Positions 9,551 to 19,279 are shown, numbered from the stretch's first letter. The stretch: 64,000 nt of DNA from a bacterium (GCA_027310625.1 DAIDAM010000003.1:67278-131277); one strand, 5' to 3'. Program-made: numbers and translations. The notes: generated by a model not told the origin, from the letters alone.

Positions 9551-9792
9551 GATTTCTCCTTTTGGAGAACATCGATGTATCACCCGCCCATGAAAACAGG
9601 TGCGATGGGCCGCGAGGCCAAGGATGATATGCGCACAGTTTACGCTGCCAAGATCGTGATACATACACGACGCGCGGTTTTAAAATTACTCGATAATGCT
9701 ATACTATTTTGCTAATTCTGTCAAGCCCAATTTGGCCTCATTTTTCAATATAAAATTCGCATGGGCGTGTTCGTAGCGCGCTATTCGCATGC

Positions 9793-10344
9793 TCAAAATT
9801 CTATCCCCAATTTTGCGAGTTCGCCGTCGTTGAATGGGTGCTTAATTTCCTTCATTTCCGTAACGAGATTGGCCAATTCGATAAATTCTTTGGGCGCGTT
9901 CCGGCCGCTCAAAATCAAAAGTTTATCTTTGGGATAATCTTTCACGACCTCAACCACCTGCTCGGGTTTCAAAAGCTTAAGCGAAACGGCGACATTGATT
10001 TCGTCGAGAACGATCAACTGCCATTTGCCGGAAGCGGCTTCTTTTTTGAAAAGCTCCAGCGCCTTTTCGGCCGCTTTCTCGTGTTCCTCGCGCGGCAGTT
10101 TGTCGCCCAAAATTCCGACGAACCCCAAACCCATTTTTACAATTTTGAATTGGGGCTGTTCAATGTCCGAGGTTCGATGTTCGAAGTTTTTAACGAATTC
10201 GTCTTCTCCGGAACGCCACGGACCCTTGATAAACTGAATCATCAAAGCGTTCTTGCCGCGCCCGAGAACGCGCATCATTTGCCCAAGCGACGCCGTGGTT
10301 TTGCCTTTACCATTACCAGTGAAAACAATAATCATATCAGGCAA
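9793..10344 (-). CDS. cobO: ATP:cob(I)alamin (corrinoid) adenosyltransferase, CobO/BtuR family
   Basis: P-loop TGNGKGKTTAS…QFIKG motif typical of CobO. Confidence 0.85.
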   Translation of the reverse strand: MPDMIIVFTGNGKGKTTASLGQMMRVLGRGKNALMIQFIKGPWRSGEDEFVKNFEHRTSDIEQPQFKIVKMGLGFVGILGDKLPREEHEKAAEKALELFKKEAASGKWQLIVLDEINVAVSLKLLKPEQVVEVVKDYPKDKLLILSGRNAPKEFIELANLVTEMKEIKHPFNDGELAKLGIEF

Positions 10345-10456
10345 TTATATCAGGTAATACCTGCTTGCCGCAGGCAGGGAAATTCGACTTGTTTGGTAAT
10401 TAAACTATTTTGCCGCAACGATTATGCTATTTGGCGGGAATAATAATTCTTTTAAG

Positions 10457-10478
10457 CCACTATGCTATAGCATAGTGG
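10457..10478. promoter_or_regulatory. 22-bp perfect palindrome CCACTATGCTATAGCATAGTGG between mnmA and cobO; shares the GCTATAGC core with the palindromes around 30.2-30.9 kb
   Basis: perfect inverted repeat. Confidence 0.5.
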
Positions 10479-10489
10479 TCAAATTTTCA

Positions 10490-11992
10490 CTATCTGATTG
10501 TGCCCCCGCCGAGCATTTCGTATTTCTCTGGTTTCTGGTCTCTGGTCTCTGGTCTCTTATAGTAGAACACAGCCGACTGACCTGCGGCGACGAACTTCTG
10601 CCCCTGCTCAAAGATGAGCAGCGCGGATTTGCGCGGATTAGACGCTGATTTGCGCGGATTTTTATCTGCGTTTATCTGCATATCGTCTGCGGGCATCAGC
10701 GTTGCAGGCGCGAGCGGTTGTCTGTACCTCACCCGCGCCAACACCTTATACCCCTTATTCGCACGAATTAGGGGTATAGTTTCCGAGTTGATGAAATTCA
10801 CATCGTGGAGTTTAATTTCTTTTCTGTACAACGCCGAATTGTCGCTCCCTTCTGCTACCACAAGCGTATTTGTTTCAACGTTTTTCTCAGCAACATAAAG
10901 CGGCTTGAAATCCGTTTTCTGCATAAGTCCGCGTTCTGTCTGTGTAAGTCCGCGATTGGTCATGCCAATATGTCTCTGCCCAATGGTGTAAAAATGCGCG
11001 CCGGAATGCCTGCCGATTTCTTCTCCGGCGGTATTCAAAACCGCGCCTTCTCTCGCGGGAAGATAACCGCCCAAAAACTCGGCGAGCGTAACTTTGCCGA
11101 GAAAGCAAATTCCCTGCGAATCTTTTTTCTCCGCCGTAGGCAAACCGGCTTTTCTCGCCATCGCCCGCACTTCTGACTTCAAATAATTGCCTATCGGGAA
11201 AAGGCAGTGTTGCAATTGCTCTTGCGTCAACGTCCAGAGAAAATATGACTGGTCTTTTTGCGCGTCACGCGCAGCGTATAGTTTATAACCATAACTCGAA
11301 TCTACGAATGTGCGCGAATTTGGCGAATTTAAAAAACTTTTATATTCGTTATATTCGCGCGAATTCGCGATATTCGAATTACGCATAAGCCGCACGTAGT
11401 GCCCGGTCGCCACGTAAATCCCTGCCTGCCGGCAGGCAGGCGCTCCCACGGACAGCGCTTTTTCCAAAAAGAGCCCGAACTTAATTTCCTTGTTGCACAT
11501 CACGTCCGGGTTGGGAGTAATGCCGCGGCGGTAACCGTCAACCATATAAGCGACGACTTTCTTTTTATATTCCTCCTCGAAATCCCAGATATAAAAAGGG
11601 ATTTCGAGTTTGCCGGCGACGCGGCGTGCGTCCTCGGCGTCTCTTTCCGCCTGACATTCATCGTCAAAATTTCCGCGCCCATCCGCGTTGAAATCCGCGT
11701 TAATCCGCGTGTTGGACGAAGTCCAACATTTCATAAAAACGCCGACGACATCGTAGCCATGGTTTTTAAGAAGCATGGCGGCGACTGAGGAATCAACCCC
11801 TCCACTCATTGCTACGAATACCTTTTTTTTACAAGCAAAGCCGCCAGCCTGCCTGCCATAGCCCTCGCCTTGCCGAAGCCGACGGCGAAGCGCAGGTTGG
11901 CGAAGGCGGGACATCCCCGCAAAAACTTTTTCTTTCCGTTTCTTCATGCGCCTATTTTTACATCGTCTTCTCCAATATATCAAATAAAACAA
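10490..11992 (-). CDS. mnmA: tRNA-specific 2-thiouridylase MnmA, with several in-frame repeat-derived insertions and a repeat-derived N-terminal extension
   Basis: SGGVDSS PP-loop, conserved MnmA core; low-complexity inserts (NPRKSASNPRKSAL, ETRDQKPEKYE). Confidence 0.85.
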   Translation of the reverse strand: MFYLIYWRRRCKNRRMKKRKEKVFAGMSRLRQPALRRRLRQGEGYGRQAGGFACKKKVFVAMSGGVDSSVAAMLLKNHGYDVVGVFMKCWTSSNTRINADFNADGRGNFDDECQAERDAEDARRVAGKLEIPFYIWDFEEEYKKKVVAYMVDGYRRGITPNPDVMCNKEIKFGLFLEKALSVGAPACRQAGIYVATGHYVRLMRNSNIANSREYNEYKSFLNSPNSRTFVDSSYGYKLYAARDAQKDQSYFLWTLTQEQLQHCLFPIGNYLKSEVRAMARKAGLPTAEKKDSQGICFLGKVTLAEFLGGYLPAREGAVLNTAGEEIGRHSGAHFYTIGQRHIGMTNRGLTQTERGLMQKTDFKPLYVAEKNVETNTLVVAEGSDNSALYRKEIKLHDVNFINSETIPLIRANKGYKVLARVRYRQPLAPATLMPADDMQINADKNPRKSASNPRKSALLIFEQGQKFVAAGQSAVFYYKRPETRDQKPEKYEMLGGGTIR

Positions 11993-12199
11993 CCGCTCTC
12001 CAAAAGAAAAAGATTATATCTTAAAGCGGCATCCGCAACATCACACTCAATGAATAAATCCAAACTTTGCAAAGAAAACCGTCTCGCAGGCCGAGCGGGC
12101 ATGGTTGCCCGCAGGGCAGAGCGAGGCCGAGAGCAAGCGCAAATTCCTCGCTGGGGAATTTGACAGCGTGTTTTCGTGCAAAGTTTGGATTGCAAATTT

Positions 12200-13471
12200 C
12201 TACTGTATCCCCTCGTACTCCCTCGCCAAAAGCTGCGAATCAATCTGCCGCATCATGTCCAAAACCACCGCAACGACTATCAGAAGCGCCGTGCCGCTGA
12301 CGTTAAGAACCGATATTTTCGTGAATACCTGAATAACGAGCGGCAAAACGGCTATCAAGCCCAATGCGGTCGCGCCGAGGAAAGTTACTCTGCCCGTCAG
12401 TTTTGAAAAATATTCCGCCGTGTTTTCTCCGGGCCTTATACCGGGTATAAAACCGCCGCTCCGCTGAAGATTCTTTGAGACCTCCTCGGGATTGAAAGTA
12501 ATTGCCGTATAAAAGTAAGTAAAAATAAACACAAGCACGAAGTAAAATATTCCATAGAAAAGTTTGTTGTTCAAAAATCCGGTGACAATGTTATTCAGTT
12601 TGACCGCCAAGTCAACGGAAAAAATAGAAGTCATTTGTGCAATAAATTGCGGGAAGAGAAGAACGGAAATGGCGAAAATGAGCGGTATCATTCCTGCCTG
12701 GTTAACTTTCATCGGAAGGTAGCTCTGAACGCCTCCGTACATTTTCATCCCCCTGACGCGGCGCGCGTAGGCTATCGGAACTTTTCTTTGCCCTTCGTTA
12801 AGATAAACGACGCCGGCGACGAGAAAAAGCGTAACCAAAATGAAACCTACGTAGGTCGGGAGCGCCGAAGCGGTGTAAGAGGCAATCGCCTGCTGCGCGT
12901 CAAGCGGCAGGCGGCTGACTATTCCCGCCAAAATTATCATTGATATCCCGTTCCCTATTTTTTGCTCGCTTATGAGTTCACCGAGCCAAAGAGCAATCAT
13001 GGAACCAGCGGTTATGGCGATGACGTTCGTGATCATTCCGAAAGCGCCCGGTCTGGGAACGACGTTTTGCGAAATCAAGAGTGTAAGAAAACCGTAACCC
13101 TGCAAAAACGCGAGCGGAACGGTGAGTAAGCGCGAGTATCTGTTGAATTTCGCCTGTCCCGCGGCGCCTTCCTCGTAATACATTTCCTTCAAACGCGGGA
13201 AAATTATCGTCAACAGCTGCATGATAATCGTTGCGGTGATGTACGGACCGACGCCGAGCATCGCCACCGACAAGGTGGACAAACCGCCGCCGGAAAAAAT
13301 GTTAAGGAAACCGAGCAGCTGGTTGGAAGAAAAAAATTGCTCGAGGCGCTGCGCGTCTATGCCCGGAATCGGGATTGTCGCCAGCGCCCGGTAAGCGACC
13401 AAAATACCGAGAACGATTAAAATTTTCTTCCGCAGGTCCCTTACTCTGAAAATTTGTAAGAAACGGTTCAT
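12200..13471 (-). CDS. secY: preprotein translocase subunit SecY
   Basis: 10-TM SecY signature. Confidence 0.95.
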   Translation of the reverse strand: MNRFLQIFRVRDLRKKILIVLGILVAYRALATIPIPGIDAQRLEQFFSSNQLLGFLNIFSGGGLSTLSVAMLGVGPYITATIIMQLLTIIFPRLKEMYYEEGAAGQAKFNRYSRLLTVPLAFLQGYGFLTLLISQNVVPRPGAFGMITNVIAITAGSMIALWLGELISEQKIGNGISMIILAGIVSRLPLDAQQAIASYTASALPTYVGFILVTLFLVAGVVYLNEGQRKVPIAYARRVRGMKMYGGVQSYLPMKVNQAGMIPLIFAISVLLFPQFIAQMTSIFSVDLAVKLNNIVTGFLNNKLFYGIFYFVLVFIFTYFYTAITFNPEEVSKNLQRSGGFIPGIRPGENTAEYFSKLTGRVTFLGATALGLIAVLPLVIQVFTKISVLNVSGTALLIVVAVVLDMMRQIDSQLLAREYEGIQ

Positions 13472-13489
13472 GCGTGTTTCGCCCGCGAG

Positions 13490-13660
13490 GGCAAGGTGGT
13501 TATACCGCAGACCGAGCGGTAATCAAAATTGAGCACCCCGCACATTCGCTGCACATCGTCTGATTTGAAATGCATGGCGTAGCGAAGCGGTTCGCCTGCG
13601 GCTTTGGTTTGATTTGTATTCATGAAGTTTGACATAAATGTGCGGGGTCCAAGATATTTG
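13490..13660. repeat. palindromic intergenic element with GCACC(C)CGCACAT…ATGTGCGGGGT termini; variant of the GCACCGAGCACATAAAA family
   Basis: terminal inverted repeats. Confidence 0.5.
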
Positions 13661-13670
13661 CAACGAAAAA

Positions 13671-14147
13671 TCATTCGTCTTGCGACTTTGATTTTTCGGC
13701 AAAATCTAGGACTCTCCCGCCGGCTTTCTCTATTTTTCCTCTCGCCGACCCGGAAACTTTTATTCCTTTTATTGAAACGGGTATGTCTATTTTAACGCTG
13801 TCGCCGAGTATTTTTACATCGCCGCGGTAGTCAGCGGGCAAAATACCCACTTCCTTCAGGAAAACTTTATCAACTTCCACGGCTTTCTTTTCTTTTGAAA
13901 AAACTTTGAGTTTTTCCGCAAGTTCCGAAATGCCGACTATGAAAGGTTTTTCCGAAACGGGTCTGTTTTTGTAGCCGCGCCTTTTGGGAAGACGGAGAAT
14001 CAAATCCCTCACCGCCGGCCTGATTCTGCGCCCGGCTCTTGATTTCTGACCCTTAGTACCGCGACCCGAAGTCGTGCCGCGCTTTCCCCCGCGTCCTATC
14101 CTTCTTTTTAATTTTTCGCCCCTGCGGGCTATGTGGTGAAGCTGCAT
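13671..14147 (-). CDS. rplO: 50S ribosomal protein L15
   Basis: L15 signature; operon position. Confidence 0.93.
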   Translation of the reverse strand: MQLHHIARRGEKLKRRIGRGGKRGTTSGRGTKGQKSRAGRRIRPAVRDLILRLPKRRGYKNRPVSEKPFIVGISELAEKLKVFSKEKKAVEVDKVFLKEVGILPADYRGDVKILGDSVKIDIPVSIKGIKVSGSARGKIEKAGGRVLDFAEKSKSQDE

Positions 14148-14160
14148 ATATTTCTGGTTA

Positions 14161-14640
14161 CTAGTTGCTGGTTTCTGGTTTCTCCGATTTCAACTTTTTC
14201 AGCGCCTCCATTGCAGCAAGGGCGTTGGTAAGTTTGTTCGGTGTCCGGCCGAGACATTTCGCGGTCGCGTCTTTTATTCCAGCCAAAGCAAGCACGGAAC
14301 GCACCGCGCCGCCGGCTTTCAGCCCATGTCCCGCCGCAGCCGGTTTTATTAAAACCCTCGCCGCGCTGTATTTCGCGTAAACTTCGTGGCGAATCGTTCT
14401 GTTATCCTTCAAGTTAAGAGGGAGAATTTTTTTCTTGGCGGCGGACTTTGCTTTGTCCACGGCGTTTTGAACGTCAAGACCCTTCGCAACGCCGACGCCG
14501 ACTCTTCCTTTTTCGTCTCCGACGACAACAGTCGCTCTGAAGCGGAAACGTTTTCCGCCCGCAACGACGCGCGTAACGCGGCGGAGGTCAAGAACTTTCT
14601 CCTTAAATTCCTCTTTTTTGATGTATCTTTTTTCTCTCAT
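14161..14640 (-). CDS. rpsE: 30S ribosomal protein S5; adjacent to rplO with no L30 gene between
   Basis: S5 signature. Confidence 0.93.
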   Translation of the reverse strand: MREKRYIKKEEFKEKVLDLRRVTRVVAGGKRFRFRATVVVGDEKGRVGVGVAKGLDVQNAVDKAKSAAKKKILPLNLKDNRTIRHEVYAKYSAARVLIKPAAAGHGLKAGGAVRSVLALAGIKDATAKCLGRTPNKLTNALAAMEALKKLKSEKPETSN

Positions 14641-14752
14641 GTTTTTGTACTCATCAGTATAAATCAGTTTTAATCCGCATTAATCAGCGTTATGGAACTT
14701 TGAAACGCCGATATATGCTGATTTTGGCTGATCAATGCTGATTTATATCGGT
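14641..14752. repeat. intergenic palindromic element, ATCAGC/GCTGAT family
   Basis: ATCAGC-rich arm followed by GCTGAT-rich arm. Confidence 0.6.
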
Positions 14753-15112
14753 TCATATTTTTAATCCTTCTTTCCTTGATCCTTCAGCGACCGCTTTCAC
14801 TCTTCCGTGATATTTGTACGCGCCGCGGTCAAAAACGGCTTTTTTTATTCCCGACGCCAAGGCCTTTTTCGCAAGTTCAACGCCGATTGCTTCCGAACAT
14901 CCGACTTTTCCCCCGCTCACGGATTTTTTGGAGCCGAGACTTGAAACGCTCACCAAAGTCCTGCCTTTCTCGTCGTCAATAAGCTGGGCGTAAATGTTCC
15001 TGTTGCTTCTGAACACCGAAAGTCGCGGTTTTTCGGCGGTCCCGAAAATTTTCGCCCGCGCGCGCACACCGCGCCTGCTTCTTATTTCATTTAGCTTTTT
15101 TCTCTTTTGCAT
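14753..15112 (-). CDS. rplR: 50S ribosomal protein L18
   Basis: L18 signature. Confidence 0.93.
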   Translation of the reverse strand: MQKRKKLNEIRSRRGVRARAKIFGTAEKPRLSVFRSNRNIYAQLIDDEKGRTLVSVSSLGSKKSVSGGKVGCSEAIGVELAKKALASGIKKAVFDRGAYKYHGRVKAVAEGSRKEGLKI

Positions 15113-15125
15113 TTTTGTTCCGCGT

Positions 15126-15674
15126 TTAAGCGGCAGCGGTGGCGGCGACTTTCTTGCCCGCCTTCCTTCTTATCACCTCGCCTTGATACTTTATTCCTTT
15201 GCCTTTGTACGGCTCCGGTTTCTTGAGATGTCTTATTTTTGCAGCTGTTTCGCCAACGAGATGTTTATTCACGCCGGAAATGGTTACAATGTTTTTTTCC
15301 ACGGCGATAGATATCCCTTCCGGAATCTCAAACTTGACGGGCTTAACATAGCCGAGCGAAAGCATCAAATTTTTCCCTTCAATATTCGCGCGGTAGCCGA
15401 TTCCTTCTATTTCAAGCTTTTTGGAAAATCCCGACGAAACTCCTTCGGCGGCATTTTTCACTAAAGACCACATCGTTCCCGAATTCGCCTTTGCCTGCCT
15501 GATATTCTTGGAAAACGAAATTTTCGCGGAATTGCCCTCAACTTCCACGTTAACGAAAGGAAGAATCTTCACTTTGATTTCCCCCTTTGGTCCTTTGAAA
15601 GCCAAAATTCCGCCTTCTTCGCCTACGGCAACGCCTGCTGGAAACTTTACCGGTTTTTTTGCTAAACGGGACAT
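15126..15674 (-). CDS. rplF: 50S ribosomal protein L6
   Basis: L6 signature. Confidence 0.93.
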   Translation of the reverse strand: MSRLAKKPVKFPAGVAVGEEGGILAFKGPKGEIKVKILPFVNVEVEGNSAKISFSKNIRQAKANSGTMWSLVKNAAEGVSSGFSKKLEIEGIGYRANIEGKNLMLSLGYVKPVKFEIPEGISIAVEKNIVTISGVNKHLVGETAAKIRHLKKPEPYKGKGIKYQGEVIRRKAGKKVAATAAA

Positions 15675-15833
15675 AAATTTGATACTAATCTACAAATCTA
15701 TACGAATACTACTAATGTCGCTAGGGCTCGATAATACAAATATGCGAATGAATTTCATTAGTACATTTGTATTCCTGCGCCAGAGCGCGATTCGTATCAT
15801 TAGCACGCATTAGTATATTAGCATTACGCTGAT

Positions 15834-16214
15834 TTACCATATTTCAAACAGATACTCTCCGCCGACTCTTTTCTTGCGGGCATCGCCGTCGCTCAAAATG
15901 CCTTCTGTCGTTGAAATCACGCCGGTTCCGTATCCCTGTCTGACGCGTCTCACTTTGTCTTTTCTCAGATATACATGCCTGCTTGGTCTGCTGATTATCT
16001 TAAAACCGCTGATTGACGGAGAACTGTTTTTGTAACTCAGTTTTATCTCAATGAATTTTTTATTTCCGCTGGTTTTTTTCTGAACGTCCTTCAAATAGCC
16101 GCGTTCCGCAAGCAGCTTCGCGACATTGTAATCAAAATTGGAAAAAGGAACGACAAGCGTGTCCTTTTTGGCAAGGGCCGCATTTCTTATTTTTGCTAAG
16201 AGATTGTAGTACAT
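15834..16214 (-). CDS. rpsH: 30S ribosomal protein S8
   Basis: S8 signature. Confidence 0.93.
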   Translation of the reverse strand: MYYNLLAKIRNAALAKKDTLVVPFSNFDYNVAKLLAERGYLKDVQKKTSGNKKFIEIKLSYKNSSPSISGFKIISRPSRHVYLRKDKVRRVRQGYGTGVISTTEGILSDGDARKKRVGGEYLFEIW

Positions 16215-16261
16215 GCCAATTTTATTTGAGAAAACAAGTTTATTTTATAAGCGCAGTTTGA

Positions 16262-16440
16262 GCAAGCATAAAATTGAGCACCGAGCACATAAAACCAACG
16301 TCCGCCCACCATAGCTGGTGCTTTCTGTTGTCGCAACTTTCCGTTTTTTTTACTTCCATCATTTTCGTTTTATGTGCTCGGTAAGGTTTGTCATCCAATC
16401 CGCCGGAGCACATAATGCGTTATGTGCTCGGCTCTTGGGA
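16262..16440. repeat. MITE-like element with GCACCGAGCACATAAAA…TTTTATGTGCTCGGT terminal inverted repeats, plus an extra partial inverted repeat
   Basis: terminal inverted repeats shared with 4419-4500, 19985-20110, 21987-22125. Confidence 0.6.
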
Positions 16441-16447
16441 CAAGCCC

Positions 16448-16633
16448 TTACCACGATGCTTTCTTCACGCCCGGTATCTCGCCGCGGCTGGCCATCTCTC
16501 TGAAGCAAATTCTGCAAAGACCGAAAGCTCTGAGATATCCTCTTTTCCGCCCGCACCTAAAACAGCGCCGAACCGCCCTCGTAGAAAATTTAGGGGTTTT
16601 CTTGCTGCGTGCTATTACTGAAGTTTTTGCCAT
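16448..16633 (-). CDS. rpsN: 30S ribosomal protein S14, Zn-binding type Z
   Basis: 61 aa, CxxC…CxxC. Confidence 0.9.
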   Translation of the reverse strand: MAKTSVIARSKKTPKFSTRAVRRCFRCGRKRGYLRAFGLCRICFREMASRGEIPGVKKASW

Positions 16634-16694
16634 GGAATTTGTAAATTCTAAATCTCAAATTAGAAATTCGAAACAATTGTAATCTGTTATTTGT

Positions 16695-17243
16695 TTAAGA
16701 TTTCGGATTTCGTGCTTCGGATTTACCTTTTAACGGAACGCCGAGTCGGCGATATTCCTTAATTGCTTTCTCTTTATTTTTTCTTTTAGGAACGATATTT
16801 ATGCCGAGCGGAAAAACCACCGGCGATTCCTCCGGATTTATTTCCGGAAACACCATTTGCTCCTGAAATCCTATGTTGAGCGTACCAACGTCATCTATAA
16901 GATTGGGGTCAATGCCTCTGAAATCGCGGACTCTGGGCAACACTATTGTAATCAAGCGTTCAAAAAAATCAACCATTTTTCTGCGGCGCAAAGTGACCTT
17001 CATGCCGACAATCTGGCCTTCTCTTATCTTGAACCCGGAAATGGACTTTTTCGCCTTTCTCGTCTGGGGCATCTGCCCGGCTATCAAAGAGATGTCTCTC
17101 GCTATTTGCTTGAGCGCTTTCTCTTCAAAATTCGGCTGCTGACTCAGGCGTCCGATACCGGCGTTGACGACTATTTTCTCCAAGAATTTGGATATTTCTT
17201 CCTGGCGGGCTGTTTTCGATTTTTTTATCGCTGCTTTGGTCAT
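16695..17243 (-). CDS. rplE: 50S ribosomal protein L5; the ORF track extends to a TTG at 17270, and ATG at 17243 is the likelier start
   Basis: L5 signature. Confidence 0.92.
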   Translation of the reverse strand: MTKAAIKKSKTARQEEISKFLEKIVVNAGIGRLSQQPNFEEKALKQIARDISLIAGQMPQTRKAKKSISGFKIREGQIVGMKVTLRRRKMVDFFERLITIVLPRVRDFRGIDPNLIDDVGTLNIGFQEQMVFPEINPEESPVVFPLGINIVPKRKNKEKAIKEYRRLGVPLKGKSEARNPKS

Positions 17244-17312
17244 GTTTTTGTGACGCGTGTCATGTGTCAAGTGTCAGGATTTTCCCTTCTTGATGCCTGA
17301 TACTTGATACAT

Positions 17313-17630
17313 TTATATTCTTGCGCTGCACTTTTTGCAGTACCTTATTTTTTCTTTTACGCCGCCGGCGCTTTCAATGCGGAAGCCGACACGAACCGCC
17401 CTTTTGCAATTCGGACAAACGAGCATCGCCTTTGAGGCCGAGAACGGCCTCGGAACAAGAACCGTTTCCCCTTTCTGACCCTGCTGTTTGGGGCGAACGC
17501 GCTTCTTGTAAAGGTTAATTCCTTCAACGGCGATCATTGAGTCCCCGCTTAAAACGCGTAGAACCTTGCCGCTTTTGCCGCGGTCCTTGCCGCTCATTAT
17601 TTTCACTTGGTCTCCTTTCTTGATTTTCAT
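17313..17630 (-). CDS. rplX: 50S ribosomal protein L24 with a C-terminal CPNC…CKKC zinc-ribbon extension
   Basis: KOW motif plus C-terminal Cys4. Confidence 0.9.
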   Translation of the reverse strand: MKIKKGDQVKIMSGKDRGKSGKVLRVLSGDSMIAVEGINLYKKRVRPKQQGQKGETVLVPRPFSASKAMLVCPNCKRAVRVGFRIESAGGVKEKIRYCKKCSARI

Positions 17631-17635
17631 CTTTT

Positions 17636-17735
17636 TATTATCGCACGAATTTACGAATCTTTACGAACATACGAATTTACAGTAAGTAAAATTTAATCTA
17701 TTCGTAAGTTCGTAATTTATTCGCTTATTCGTGCG
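17636..17735. repeat. intergenic palindromic element, ACGAATTTACGAA…TTCGTAAGTTCGT family
   Basis: long imperfect inverted repeat. Confidence 0.6.
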
Positions 17736-17739
17736 ATGC

Positions 17740-18108
17740 TCAGACGATTTCTTCCGCCATGGTCATTATTTTTTCAAAACCCATATTTTTAAGTTCACGG
17801 GGCATCGGACCGAAAATTCTCGTCGCTATCGGCTCTTTCTTGGCGTCAACAATCACGGCGGCATTCTCGTCAAAACGCAGGTAGGAACCGTCGGTCCTTC
17901 TGTACGGCTTCCTGCTTCTAACCAAAACTGCTTTCACTATATCCTTCTTTTTAACGCCTTTTCTCGGCTCGGCTTCCTGAACCGAAGCGATAAAAACGTC
18001 GCCGAGATTCGCGTATCTCCGCCTCGTTCCGCCTAAAATCCTGAAACACCTTATCCTTTTTGCGCCGCTATTGTCGGCGACTTTCAGTATTGAACGTTCT
18101 TGAATCAT
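17740..18108 (-). CDS. rplN: 50S ribosomal protein L14
   Basis: L14 signature. Confidence 0.93.
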   Translation of the reverse strand: MIQERSILKVADNSGAKRIRCFRILGGTRRRYANLGDVFIASVQEAEPRKGVKKKDIVKAVLVRSRKPYRRTDGSYLRFDENAAVIVDAKKEPIATRIFGPMPRELKNMGFEKIMTMAEEIV

Positions 18109-18109
18109 G

Positions 18110-18223
18110 GTTTCTTTAATTCAACACTTCGTTTTTTATCACAAGTACCAATAAGTTTCTACCAGTATCAATTAGTTTCGGAAGGATATTTGTAGAAACT
18201 TGCTTCGCGAAACTAATTGATAC
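18110..18223. repeat. intergenic palindromic element, GTTTCTACCAGTATCAATTAGTTTC…TTGCTTCGCGA family
   Basis: inverted repeats; shared core with 24906-25026 and 43985-44063. Confidence 0.6.
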
Positions 18224-18454
18224 TTATTGTCTCGCAATGATTACCCATCTTTTATCTTTCGACAATGGTCTTGTCTCTTCAATAATTACCCTGTCACCCG
18301 TTCGATATTCGTTCTTCTCATCGTGCGCCTTGAATTTTGAAGTTGACTTGAAATATTTCAGGTATTTTCTGTGTTTCTTAAGACGCGTAACGGCTACGAC
18401 GCGCGTTTTTTGCATCTTGTCCGAAACGACCATACCCTTTAATCTCCTTTTCAT
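18224..18454 (-). CDS. rpsQ: 30S ribosomal protein S17
   Basis: S17 signature. Confidence 0.92.
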   Translation of the reverse strand: MKRRLKGMVVSDKMQKTRVVAVTRLKKHRKYLKYFKSTSKFKAHDEKNEYRTGDRVIIEETRPLSKDKRWVIIARQ

Positions 18455-18465
18455 TTTTTTATTGG

Positions 18466-18684
18466 TTACTTTTGTTTCTCGTTTATAAAAGTCAAAGCTC
18501 TCGCTATGTCCTTTTTGAGCGCTTTGATATCTTTCACGTTTTTCACCTTGCCTGCAGCCAAATCAAATTTCATCGCTCTCAATTTTTCGTCCGCATCGCT
18601 TACAAATTTTTTCAGCTCCGCGACCGGCTTCGTTTTAAGTTCGATTATTTCTTTTCTTTTCATTGTTTTGTGTTTTATCCGCAT
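18466..18684 (-). CDS. rpmC: 50S ribosomal protein L29
   Basis: L29 signature. Confidence 0.9.
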   Translation of the reverse strand: MRIKHKTMKRKEIIELKTKPVAELKKFVSDADEKLRAMKFDLAAGKVKNVKDIKALKKDIARALTFINEKQK

Positions 18685-18765
18685 TAATCAGTTTAAATCA
18701 GCATCTGTCAGCGTTCAGGGCTCTACAAAAGCAATCGCCGCTGATTTATGCCGATTTTTGCGGAT
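18685..18765. repeat. intergenic palindromic element, ATCAGC/GCTGAT family
   Basis: ttaatcagtttaaatcagcatctgtcagcg … cgctgatttatgccgat. Confidence 0.6.
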
Positions 18766-19185
18766 TTATGCCGATGTTTTCATAACAATTGTGCTCTTGA
18801 AAGGAAGTTTGTGCGAAGCCCTGCGCAACGCTTCCTTTGCGTCTTCGCGGCTGATGCCGTCAACCTCAAAAATTATTCTTCCCGCTCTTACGGGAAAAAC
18901 ATAATGGTCAACGCTGCCCTTTCCGCCGCCCATTGTCGTTTCCGGAGGCCGCTGCGTTATCGGCTTGTCGGGGAAAACCCGTATCCAAAGACGGCCCTGA
19001 CGCTTGAGGAAGTGCGTTATTGCGCGGCGCGCGGCTTCTATCTGCCTCGAAGTGAGGCGCGCCGGCTCCGTCGCCTTAAGCCCATATTCTCCGTAGTTCA
19101 GCTCGAGGCCTCTCGTTTCCTTAAGTCGCCCTTTGGAGCGGCCCTTTTGCCATTTGCGATGTTTGACTTTTTTCGGTATCAACAT
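18766..19185 (-). CDS. rplP: 50S ribosomal protein L16
   Basis: L16 signature. Confidence 0.93.
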   Translation of the reverse strand: MLIPKKVKHRKWQKGRSKGRLKETRGLELNYGEYGLKATEPARLTSRQIEAARRAITHFLKRQGRLWIRVFPDKPITQRPPETTMGGGKGSVDHYVFPVRAGRIIFEVDGISREDAKEALRRASHKLPFKSTIVMKTSA

Positions 19186-19195
19186 TTTTGATGTA

Positions 19196-19278
19196 TCGCG
19201 CGAATTTACGAATTTTTACGAACATACGAATTTACGGTGAGCATAATAGAAGTTATTCGTAAGTTCGTAATTCATTCG
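19196..19278. repeat. intergenic palindromic element, ACGAATTT family
   Basis: inverted repeat nearly identical to 17636-17735. Confidence 0.6.
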
Positions 19279-19279
19279 C

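Noticed and set aside
9838-10443. 201-aa plus-strand ORF
   Set aside because: Antisense to cobO; shadow ORF.
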